From Stegostoma tigrinum (taxonomy: Eukaryota), in the NCBI RefSeq assembly GCF_030684315.1, contig NC_081360.1, forward strand, positions 45,021,424 to 45,085,423: a stretch of 64,000 nucleotides of DNA, in the 5' to 3' direction. Under the pieces are notes generated by a model. That model did not search any database, was not told where the DNA came from, and saw nothing but the letters and a program-made list of their open reading frames with translations. The position numbers were made by a program, and so were the translations under genes. The number at the start of each line of letters is the position of its first letter. Position 1 is the stretch's first letter. This document shows, piece by piece, positions 42,896 to 53,039 of the stretch.

Positions 42896-43870
42896 CCATA
42901 AAACTAGAAGGAACAGTAACAGGAGTAGGCGGTTTGGCCCCTTGAGCCTGCTCCACTATTCAATAGGATCATGGCTGATCTGACATTCCTCATGTCTACT
43001 TTCCTGCCCATTCCCCATAAGCCTTAACTCCCCTCCCGATCAAGAATATCAAGTGTACACAAGGACTCTGTGCCCCAGCTTTGTGTGGCAAGGGGTGTCA
43101 AAGTCTCTCAATTCTCCGATAGAAAAAACTCCCCCTCATCTCAGGCTTAAATTGATGTCCCATAATTCTGAGGCAATGCTCTCTGGTTCTTGACTCTCCC
43201 ATGAGGAGAAACATTCTCGCAGCATTGATCCTGCCAATTCCCTTAAGAATTCTATATGTTTCAATGAGATCACCTCTCATTGGTCTAAACTCCAGTGATT
43301 AGAATCCCAATCTGTTTAGCCTTTGTCATAAAACAATCTCTTCTTAATGCCCTCTGAGCAACCACTAATGAAATGATACCTTTCCTTTAATAAAGGGACC
43401 AAGACAGCTTACAGTATTCTAGATGTGTTCTAACCAGCACCTTGTTTAGTTAGAGTTGCACTTTCCTACTTGGACTCCAACCTCCTTGAAAGGGCCAACA
43501 TCCATTAGCCTTCCTGATTAACTTCTGTACCTGTGTGCTAGCTTTCTGTGTATTCTGCACAAATCCCTTTGTGTTGCAGCTTTCTGCAGTTTTAGTCCAT
43601 TTACATAATAGCCCACCCTTTTGTTTTCCCTTCCGAAATAAAGAACTTTACATTTTCCCACATTATGCTACATTTGCCAACTTTTGCCCACTTTATCTAA
43701 CGTATGAATATTCCTCTGTAAACTATATTCCTTTCACAGTTTGCCTTTCCGGCTATTTTTGTGTTGTCTGCAAATTTGTTTACAGTACACTCACTTCCTT
43801 CTGCTAAATTATTAATATCTATTATAAACAGTTATATTGTAAACTAGTCACGGGTCACCAACCTGAAAAA
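42896..43870 (-). mobile_element. CR1 3' fragment in the intron between the 141-bp and 65-bp exons
   Basis: Minus strand RGDLIETYRILKGIGR and FADNTK remnant. Confidence 0.85.
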
Positions 43871-43995
43871 GATAAACCCTGACTGTCAGAAGTGGATTGA
43901 CAATTTCTCTGAATTCATTCAATTTCTAAGATGAGAATAAAGATATTTTTCTGCTGCATATTATGACACATATTTTTCCTGATATTTTGTGGCAG

Positions 43996-44060
43996 GTGGT
44001 AAAGTTTACAAAATCATTTGAACTCCTGTCCCCTAAGTGCAGTGCAGATGCTGAAAGCAG
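43996..44060 (+). CDS. PDE11A: PDE11A coding exon (GAF-B): VVKFTKSFELLSPKCSADAES(S)
   Basis: ttttgtggcAG acceptor, 65 bp ending in phase 2, donor GTAAGT. Matches recalled human VVKFTKSFELMSPKCSADAENS. Confidence 0.95.
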
Positions 44061-44472
44061 GTAAGTTCCTCATTATATTTAATAAGAGTTTGGTGGGGTC
44101 TAAGAGACGCAATTATAAGCAAATGGCATGTCTTCCAATCTACCACACAGGCCCTGGGACAAGGGATTACATCAGGGTCTACTAACCAGGACTTGAGGTT
44201 ATAGGGAACCCGCTTTCAGATTAGGATGGGATGGTGGTGCTGGTGTCGGGAGCAGGACCGGGGGCATAGGGCTTGGGACAAGGGCAGGTCTGCTGCCTGT
44301 GATGTCTATGCCTGGCCCTATTGCTGTCCTACACTTTGGAGGATTGTGGATCCTGTGGGCATGAATTTAGAAAATTTAAATTCATTGTGTAGAGAGTGAA
44401 AGATGTTTAAGTAAACATTGCAAAACTTAAATTAAACAGGAATTACATTGTATATTATAACCTACTGAAAAA

Positions 44473-45776
44473 AGAATACACCTCCTCCCACCCACCCTCC
44501 TGCAAAAATTCCATCCCCTATTCCCAATTCCTCCGCCTCCGCCGCATCTGCTCCCACGATAAGACATTCCACTCCCGCACATCCCAGATGTCCAAGTTCT
44601 TTAAGGACCGCAACTTCCCCCCCACGGTGATTGAGAACGCCCTTGACCGCGTCTCCCGCATTTCCCGCGACACATTCCTCACACCCCGCCCCCGCCACAA
44701 CCGCCCCAAGAGGATCCCCCTCGTTCTCACACACCACCCTACCAACCTCCGGATACAACGCATTATCCTCCGACACTTCCGCCATTTACAATCCGACCCC
44801 ACCACCCAAGACATTTTTCCATCCCCACCCCTGTCTGCTTTCCGGAGAGACCACTCTCTCCGTGACTCCCTTGTTCGCTCCACACTGCCCTCCAACCCCA
44901 CCACACCCGGCACCTTCCCCTCCAACCGCAGGAAATGCTACACTTGTCCCCACACCTCCTCCCTCACCCCCATCCCAGGCCCCAAGATGACATTCCACAT
45001 TAAGCAGAGGTTCACCTGCACATCTGCCAATGTGGTATACTGCATCCACTGTACCCGGTGCGGCTTTCTCTACATTGGGGAAACCAAGCGGAGGCTTGGG
45101 GACCGCTTTGCAGAACACCTCCGCTCAGTTCGCAACAAACAACTGCACCTCCCAGTCGCAAACCATTTCCACTCCCCCTCCCATTCTCTTGATGACATGA
45201 CAATCATGGGCCTCCTGCACTGCCACAATGATGCCACCCGAAGGTTGCAGGAACAGCAACTCATATTCCGCCTGGGAACCCTGCAGCCATATGGTATCAA
45301 TGTGGACTTCACCAGTTTCAAAATCTCCCCTTCCCCCACTGCATCCCTAAACCAGCCCAGTTCATCCCCTCCCCCCACTGCACCACACAACCAGCCCAGC
45401 TCTTCCCCCCCACCCACCGCATCCCAAAACCAGTCCAACCTGTCTCTGCCTCCCTAACCGGTTCTTCCTCTCACCCATCCCTTCCTCCCACCCCAAGCCG
45501 CACCCCCAGCTACCTACTAACCTCATCCCACCTCCTTGACCTGTCCGTCTTCCCTGGACTGACCTATCCCCTCCCTACCTCCCCACCTACACCCTCTCCA
45601 CCTATCTTCTTTACTCTCCATCTTCGGTCCGCCTCCCCCTCTCTCCCTATTTATTCCAGTTCCCTCCCCCCATCCCCCTCTCTGATGAAGGGTCTAGGCC
45701 CGAAACGTCAGCTTTTGTGCTCCTGAGATGCTGCTTGGCCTGCTGTGTTCATCCAGCCTCACATTTTATTATCTTG
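44473..45776 (+). mobile_element. 5'-truncated copy of the same PLE (RT thumb, GIY-YIG, 3' pseudo-LTR)
   Basis: Near-identical to about 48486-49780. The 289-aa ORF at 44588-45457 is the C-terminal part of the polyprotein. Confidence 0.93.
45680..45711 (+). ncRNA. Minimal type I hammerhead ribozyme in PLE pseudo-LTR
   Basis: CUGAUGA-A-[GGGUCUAGGCCC stem II]-GAAA-CG-UC, predicted cleavage after C45709. Stem III is only the ACGU palindrome, as in dimer-type minimal PLE hammerheads. Confidence 0.8.
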
Positions 45777-46227
45777 AACATAAATATGCTCTAAATTACA
45801 AAATTGTACCGTGTTATTAAGCTAATGGTTGTTGATATATCTTCCTCTGTTTTAATCTTTTGTTCTGTCATCTTTTAAGTATTTACTTTAAACATATCAA
45901 TCTTGGTTTGAACATGAGTAGGAGAGAGGCTGGGTGAGCAACGAGCTCTTCTGATACTTTCATTATTAGCCCTGGATGATTTAACTTGTAGGTTTCATTT
46001 TAATACGTTTGGTAGGCTGTGTCTCCATCACACAGAAACTATAGTCCTTCACTCTACAATATCATTGCAAGCAGCTTGAACCTATTTAAAGCTAGAATGT
46101 ATCTCTTAAAGCAAGGATATACTATCTCCAGCATCTGCAGTTCCCATTATCTCTGATAATCTCCAGCATCTGCAGTTCCCATTATCTCTGATACTATTTT
46201 AACCTCACTGCGAAGCCTCTTCCAGGG

Positions 46228-49200
46228 ATGCCTAACCTGAAGAAGTTACCCTCCTCCCTCCGGACCAACCTCAGGGAATCTCTCTCCCATTGCAACTCTC
46301 TTGTAATCTCTTCGGCCTTGAAACTGCTCGACCATGTCCTGAAGCAAACCAGGTACCGCAGCCACATCACCTTTCTCAGCACCTGCCTACGGAACCAGAT
46401 CATCCCCAAGGGACTACAGTCCACATTTCAGCCTTCCCAATTTGGCCCCAACCGTGACCACCTCTACACCCAGAATATTCAGACCCTTCAGAAGCGTTTC
46501 TCCCTGCGAGTCCTGAAACAGACACTTGCAGCCATGCGCCGGCACCTCCAGGCACTGCAATCCAGCCTGCCCCAGCTCAGAGCCTCCCTCTTCCAGACCT
46601 GCAAAGGACCCCTGCTGTTTTTTATCCTCCGCAGGATCCACAGACTGAACACCCAGTTCCACTCAGCTTTACTGGACACCAAAAATCGTAAGTACAACCA
46701 ACTCACTGGCCCCTGCCACCCACAAGAGGATTCCTGCGCCTCCCAAATCCCGACTCTGTCCCTGCCCCTCCCCCACCATGCACCCGCCGCCATTGACCAT
46801 GAGGACACGGCCGGAGACCCCACCGATGACGTCACATCCGCCTCCGCCGGCCACAGAACTTCCGGAACCGCTGCTGCAGTCACCACCTCCATGTCCAGGT
46901 ACTACAGCCCACACACCACCCTCACCTCAGCTGCTGCCGCACACCCCGATCCTCCCACCGCCGACGGAACCCCGCCCACGGTCGACGCCGACGGAACCCC
47001 GCCCACGGCCGACGCCGACGGAACCCCGCTCACGGCCGACGGAACCCCGCCCACGGCCGACGGAACCCCGCCCACGGCCGACGACATAATCGCTCCGCCC
47101 ACAACCTCCACAGCCTGCAACCCCAGAGAAGACAGCCACACTGAGCCCTGCCGCATCTTCACCATCCCCCCAGACCTCCTACTGACTGAGGACGAACGGT
47201 CAGTCCTGAGCAAGGGGCTCACCTTTGTCCCCCTACAACCACACATCAACGAATACCAGTCACGGTCGGACATAGAGCAGTTTTTCCGCCGTCTTCGCCT
47301 GCATGCCTACTTCTTCAACCGGGAACCCAACCCTCCTTCCACTGACCCCTTCACCCGCTTCCAACACAAGTCCTCCTCCTGGACACCACCCCCAGGCCTC
47401 CTACCCTCCCTCGACCTCTTCATCTCCAACTGCCGTCGAGACATCAACCGCCTCAACCTCTCCACCCCTCTCACCCACTCCAACCTCTCCCCCGCAGAAC
47501 GGGCAGCCCTCCGCTCCCTCCGCTCCAACCCCAACCTCACCATCAAACCCGCAGACAAGGGTGGCGCAGTGGTAGTATGGTGTACTGACCTCTACATCGC
47601 CGAGGCCAGACGCCAACTCTCCGACACCACCTCCTACCGCCTCCTCGATCATGACCCCACACCCGAGCACCAAACCATCATCTCCAACACCATTCATGAC
47701 CTCATCACCTCAGGGGACCTCCCACCCACAGCCTCCAACCTCATTGTTCCCCAACCCCGCACGGCCCGTTTCTATCTCCTTCCCAAAATCCACAAACCTG
47801 CCTGCCCTGGTCGACCCATCGTCTCAGCCTGCTCCTGCCCCACCGAACTCATCTCCACCTATCTGGACTCCATTTTCTCCCCTTTGGTCCAGGAACTCCC
47901 CACTTATGTCCGTGACACCACCCACGCCCTCCACCTCCTCCAGGACTTCCAATTCCCTGGCCCCCAACACCTCATATTCACCATGGACGTCCAGTCCCTG
48001 TACACCTGCAATCCGCATGGAGATGGCCTCAAGGCCCTCCGCTTCTTCCTGTCCCGCAGGCCCGACCAGGCCCCCTCCACCGACACTCTCATCCGCCTAG
48101 CGGAACTCGTCCTCACACTCAACAACTTCTCTTTTGACTCCTCCCACTTCCTACAGACTAAGGGGGTGGCCATGGGCACCCGCATGGGCCCCAGCTATGC
48201 CTGCCTCTTTGTAGGTTACGTGGAACAGTCCCTCTTCCGCACCTACACAGGCCCCAAACCCCACCTCTTCCTCCGGTACATTGATGACTGTATCGGCGCC
48301 GCCTCTTGCTCCCCAGAGGAGCTCGAACAGTTCATCCACTTCACCAACACCTTCCACCCCAACCTTCAGTTCACCTGGGCCATCTCCAGCACATCCCTCA
48401 CCTTCCTGGACCTCTCAGTCTCCATCTCAGGCAACCAGCTTGTAACTGATGTCCATTTCAAGCCCACCGACTCCCACAGCTACCTAGAATACACCTCCTC
48501 CCACCCACCCTCCTGCAAAAATTCCATCCCCTATTCCCAATTCCTCCGCCTCCGCCGCATCTGCTCCCACGATAAGACATTCCACTCCCGCACATCCCAG
48601 ATGTCCAAGTTCTTTAAGGACCGCAACTTTCCCCCCACGGTGATTGAGAACGCCCTTGACCGCGTCTCCCGCGACACATCCCTCACACCCCGCCCCCGCC
48701 ACAACCGCCCCAAGAGGATCCCCCTCGTTCTCACACACCACCCTACCAACCTCCGGATACAACGCATTATCCTCCGACACTTCCGCCATTTACAATCCGA
48801 CCCCACCACCCAAGACATTTTTCCATCCCCTCCCCTGTCTGCTTTCCGGAGAGACCACTCTCTCCGTGACTCCCTTGTTCGCTCCACACTGCCCTCCAAC
48901 CCCACCACACCCGGCACCTTCCCCTGCAACCGCAGGAAATGCTACACTTGTCCCCACACCTCCTCCCTCACCCCCATCCCAGGCCCCAAGATGACATTCC
49001 ACATTAAGCAGAGGTTCACCTGCACATCTGCCAATGTGGTATACTGCATCCACTGTACCCGGTGCGGCTTCCTCTACATTGGGGAAACCAAGCGGAGGCT
49101 TGGGGACCGCTTTGCAGAACACCTCCGCTCAGTTCGCAACAAACAACTGCACCTCCCAGTCGCAAACCATTTCCACTCCCCCTCCCATTCTCTTGATGAC

Positions 49201-49461
49201 ATGTCCATCATGGGCCTCCTGCAGTGCCACAATGATGCCACCCGAAGGTTGCAGGAACAGCAACTCATATTCCGCCTGGGAACCCTGCAGCCATATGGTA
49301 TCAATGTGGACTTTACCAGTTTCAAAATCTCCCCTTCCCCCACTGCATCCCTAAACCAGCCCAGTTCATCCCCTCCCCCCACTGCACCACACAACCAGCC
49401 CAGCTCTTCCCCTCCACCCACTGTATCCCAAAACCAGTCCAACCTGTCTCTGCCTCCCTAA
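46228..49461 (+). CDS. PLE polyprotein: reverse transcriptase + GIY-YIG endonuclease (1077 aa)
   Basis: RT motifs KPADKGGAVVV, YLLPKIHK, GRPIVS, TMDVQSLYT, GVAMGTRMGPSYA, LRYIDD, FLDLSV. Cys linker CNRRKCYTC. Endonuclease NVVYCIHCTRCGFLYIGET...RFAEH...VANHF...GINV. Confidence 0.95.
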   Translation: MPNLKKLPSSLRTNLRESLSHCNSLVISSALKLLDHVLKQTRYRSHITFLSTCLRNQIIPKGLQSTFQPSQFGPNRDHLYTQNIQTLQKRFSLRVLKQTLAAMRRHLQALQSSLPQLRASLFQTCKGPLLFFILRRIHRLNTQFHSALLDTKNRKYNQLTGPCHPQEDSCASQIPTLSLPLPHHAPAAIDHEDTAGDPTDDVTSASAGHRTSGTAAAVTTSMSRYYSPHTTLTSAAAAHPDPPTADGTPPTVDADGTPPTADADGTPLTADGTPPTADGTPPTADDIIAPPTTSTACNPREDSHTEPCRIFTIPPDLLLTEDERSVLSKGLTFVPLQPHINEYQSRSDIEQFFRRLRLHAYFFNREPNPPSTDPFTRFQHKSSSWTPPPGLLPSLDLFISNCRRDINRLNLSTPLTHSNLSPAERAALRSLRSNPNLTIKPADKGGAVVVWCTDLYIAEARRQLSDTTSYRLLDHDPTPEHQTIISNTIHDLITSGDLPPTASNLIVPQPRTARFYLLPKIHKPACPGRPIVSACSCPTELISTYLDSIFSPLVQELPTYVRDTTHALHLLQDFQFPGPQHLIFTMDVQSLYTCNPHGDGLKALRFFLSRRPDQAPSTDTLIRLAELVLTLNNFSFDSSHFLQTKGVAMGTRMGPSYACLFVGYVEQSLFRTYTGPKPHLFLRYIDDCIGAASCSPEELEQFIHFTNTFHPNLQFTWAISSTSLTFLDLSVSISGNQLVTDVHFKPTDSHSYLEYTSSHPPSCKNSIPYSQFLRLRRICSHDKTFHSRTSQMSKFFKDRNFPPTVIENALDRVSRDTSLTPRPRHNRPKRIPLVLTHHPTNLRIQRIILRHFRHLQSDPTTQDIFPSPPLSAFRRDHSLRDSLVRSTLPSNPTTPGTFPCNRRKCYTCPHTSSLTPIPGPKMTFHIKQRFTCTSANVVYCIHCTRCGFLYIGETKRRLGDRFAEHLRSVRNKQLHLPVANHFHSPSHSLDDMSIMGLLQCHNDATRRLQEQQLIFRLGTLQPYGINVDFTSFKISPSPTASLNQPSSSPPPTAPHNQPSSSPPPTVSQNQSNLSLPP
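46958..47082 (+). repeat. Coding minisatellite within the PLE ORF (21-27 bp unit; TADGTPP repeats)
   Basis: gccgacggaaccccgcccacg repeated about 5 times in frame. Confidence 0.9.
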
Positions 49462-49683
49462 CCGGTTCTTCCTCTCACCCATCCCTTCCTCCCACCCCAA
49501 GCCGCACCCCCAGCTACCTACTAACCTCATCCCACCTCCTTGACCTGTCCGTCTTCCCTGGACTGACCTATCCCCTCCCTACCTCCCCACCTACACCCTC
49601 TCCACCTATCTTCTTTACTCTCCATCTTCGGTCCGCCTCCCCCTCTCTCCCTATTTATTCCAGTTCCCTCCCCCCATCCCCCT

Positions 49684-49715
49684 CTCTGATGAAGGGTCTA
49701 GGCCCGAAACGTCAG
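49684..49715 (+). ncRNA. Minimal type I hammerhead ribozyme in PLE pseudo-LTR
   Basis: Identical core ctgatgaagggtctaggcccgaaacgtc, predicted cleavage after C49713. Confidence 0.8.
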
Positions 49716-51094
49716 CTTTTGTGCTCCTGAGATGCTGCTTGGCCTGCTGTGTTCATCCAGCCTCACATTTTATTATCTTGGAATCTCCAGCATCTGCAGT
49801 TCCCATTATCTCTCATATACTTGCTGCTGTCTAATTTTGTTGGAACAACATGAACAAGATTGTTTCAGTGCATTAGAGTGCTGCTCATGTTACCAGCAGC
49901 TCCTTGCTACCTGAAGAAAATGAATTTACTCTGCCATGGCAAGATTCAATTAAAAACCTGGAATTAATAGTCTAATGTTGACAATGAGCCTGGATTTGAT
50001 TGTTGGGGAAATACCCACCTGGTTTGCTAATGTCCTTCAGGGAAGGAAATCTGCCATTCTTATCTGGTCTCGCCTAAATATGATTCCAAACACACAGCAA
50101 AATGATTGACTGTTACCTGTCCTCTGAGCAATTAGGGATGGCGATAAATGGTGATGCTCATATCCCTTGATGAATAAAAGAAAACCAATTCCTTTAGCAT
50201 GAATAACCTTCCAGTATGTCTCACCTGACACACTCTCCCAGAGAATCCAACACGCGAGTTCTATAGTTTGTTGTTTAGTAGGTAAAGATTTCATCCATTT
50301 TATTGATACCACAAACAGCAAAGAGATGAAGAACATACTGGTAGTGTTGGTTAAGGGATATTGCTTCCACATCTTTGAAAATGTGTAATGGGATCCATTA
50401 TGCAGAGCTGAACGGACAGACCATTGATGTCTGGGATGGATGGTACATCCAGCAATGCAGCATTTTATAAGCACTCAAAGATGATGTGCTCATGTTTTGT
50501 TCTGGGTGGTGATCCCACAGCCCTCTGTCTCAGAATTAAGAAGGCAGCCACTGCAGATTGGCATGTAATGTGCACTTTGTAGTTTAATAACTTATGCCAC
50601 TAAACAATCATTCTAAACAGAATGGGGATTAAAAAAAGCACTAGGTATATTTTAATAAAGCAGAAAGTGTTAAAATTACCTTGTACTTTCATCATTGGTG
50701 ACCTACAGAAACCTTCATTTGATAGCCAGGAATGATCCACCCACATATAGAAGATTTAAAATTAAAGTCATAATTCTGAGCAGCAAATGCGCAATTGCAT
50801 TCTCACACGGTTGCTCCATTAATTCTAATCCACCTTGTCTATAAAATGAATGGCAGCAGGTAAATCACTGTAAAAATTAGTTCAAACAGATGGGATATAG
50901 GTCACACATCCCTTGGAGTACTACTGTATACCACTACCCTATAGATTGTCAACTCCATACTTTACAATGTTTCTTTAAAGACAAGCTACAAATATAAAGT
51001 AGTGGCAATGAGTTGATTGAGGTACATTTGCAAAAACCTGTAGTAAGTACTTTCCAGGCCATGTTACCTTTAAATTTCCGATTTTCCCAATTTA

Positions 51095-51445
51095 TAGAGT
51101 CATCGATTTATATAGCACGGAAACATCCTTCAGTCCAACTCATCCATGCCGACCAGGTATCCCAATCTGACCTAGTCCCGTTTTCCAGTATTGGCCCATA
51201 TTCCTTGAAACCCTTGCCTTTCATATACCCATCCAAAAGCCTTTTAAATGTACTTGTACCAGCCTCCATCACTTCCTCTGGTAGCTCATTCCATACATGC
51301 ATCACTTTCTGTGTGAAAAAATTGCCCCTCAGGTCCATTTTAAACATTTCCCCTCTCATCTGAAACCTGTGCCCTCTAGTTTCCTCTACCCTAAGAAAAT
51401 GACCTTGGCTATTCACCCGATCCAATCCACTCATGATTTTATAAA
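51095..51445 (-). mobile_element. CR1 3' fragment
   Basis: Minus strand RGHRFQMRGEMFKMDLRGNFFTQKVMHVWNELPEEV. Confidence 0.85.
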
Positions 51446-52023
51446 AATGGATTTTAAGTGGCTCGCAGTATTGGTAAAGCTGTGTTGGTAAAGTGTCACA
51501 GGATATATTGTGAGAGCTTAGTCAGCTTTGATTAAATCGCAAGTGCAAGCTATCTGGAGGGAGAGAGATTTTCTAACAAACAGGTCAGTCGTGTTATTGC
51601 GCATCTCTGAAGCAGATGGGACTTGAACCTTGGCCTCCTGGTTCAGAGATAGGGCATTCCGCTGCACCCTGAGAGCCCTAACTTGGTGGGAGACCTCAAA
51701 TCATCGCATCAGCTGGGACTGTCATGTTTAACTTGAAATTAGGAAAACAAACGTTGTTATTAACCCGAGAATTATACACCGTCATTCCACACTGACATTT
51801 TTTTCGATCTGATCAAAGATGGCACAGTCCTTGACTGATAGCCATTGTCCTGAGGAAGCATCTGAAATATAATACATATAATATTATAAACTATAAATAT
51901 ACATAAATTATAAAATTATAAATGTTCTCACACCCTGTTTAATTGTAGATGAAGACTACACTTTACACTGTTCTCAAAAGTAAAGGTGCCAGCTAGCAAT
52001 CGGCAACCAGATATAATTGTATC

Positions 52024-52220
52024 AGTGATAATAGGAACTGCAGATGCTGGAGAATCCGAGATAACAAGGTGTGGAGCTGGCCAAGCAGCAGGAAAGCTGA
52101 CGTATATGTACAACATGTACATTTTCTGATGAAGGGTCTAGGCCCGAAACGTTAGCTTTCCTGCTCCTAAGATGCTGCTTGGCCTGCTGTGTTCATCCAG
52201 CTCCACACCTTGTTATCTCA
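52024..52220. mobile_element. Short fold-back PLE end (related subfamily)
   Basis: Perfect inverted repeat gagataacaaggtgtggagctgg / ccagctccacaccttgttatctc enclosing a hammerhead core. Confidence 0.8.
52126..52155 (+). ncRNA. Hammerhead motif in a solo/fold-back PLE end
   Basis: ctgatgaagggtctaggcccgaaacgtt (GUU triplet). Confidence 0.65.
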
Positions 52221-53039
52221 GTAACCAGCCTCTGAGCCAGCAAGAGTGAAAGTTCTTCTCCTGTTTGGTAATTTCTCGATGGGATCATTGGAAGCACTTT
52301 GCTTATGAAACATTCTCTTTGTTCAAACTCTGGCATGAAAGCACTAAGACTGCTTCCTGGAAATCATGAGGAAAAATGATGAGATACCAACTGTCTCATA
52401 ATTAAGTGACAACTCTTGGTGTTCAATTTTAGAGCAGATTCAATGAGATTTCATACTCATGTAATTGCAGTCTGAGGCAGCTTGTTCTCAAAACAATCAC
52501 TGGAAAGAATATCTATACCATGTCCAAGCATGGTCTCCCAGCCTGGGAAGCAAGAGCAAGTTTGGCTTTGCTATGAAAGTGCTGAACCCTAGTTCGATAC
52601 AAATTTGTTCTTCAGAACACCTAATGTAGTAGATTGTACAAGTATGTGCTAGCTATTCTTGCAAGGGACGCTGGTTTCCTGACACATGTTGACTTACATG
52701 TCAACAGCTCTATTAATGTGTCCCAGAATAGAGGTAGGTCTTGCCTAAGCATATTACATTGTATTGCACTGTTTTGGAGAAAATGCAGTTGTGCATAATA
52801 TACCAACTGATATATCATAGTCATGTAGCCTCGATTTCCACTGTAAGTGCCTTTGTATTCAATCTACACGAGCTTTGATCACACATCACTTGTAACATGG
52901 TGGGAAGTGGAATTTTTTGAGTTATAAGAGAGCCTGCTACTGTGAAAAAGACAGCACAAAGTTTTGGATTTTCAGAGCTGTGAGAAAGTCCGCTACTGAA
53001 AGAAACAGCAGGTGGTGAGGGAACCTACAGGAGTTAAAA

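Larger units (their letters stand above)
46124..49814 (+). mobile_element. Full-length Penelope-like retroelement (PLE, probably Neptune-type)
   Basis: Contains an uninterrupted RT-GIY-YIG ORF. The terminal segment atctccagcatctgcagttcccattatctct is present at both ends (twice in tandem at the 5' end). Flanked by direct repeat ATATACT (46117-46123 and 49815-49821). Confidence 0.93.

Noticed and set aside
44462-49442. Many antisense and alternative-frame ORFs over the PLE copies
   Set aside because: Explained by extreme C-richness and few stop codons; no recognisable domains.
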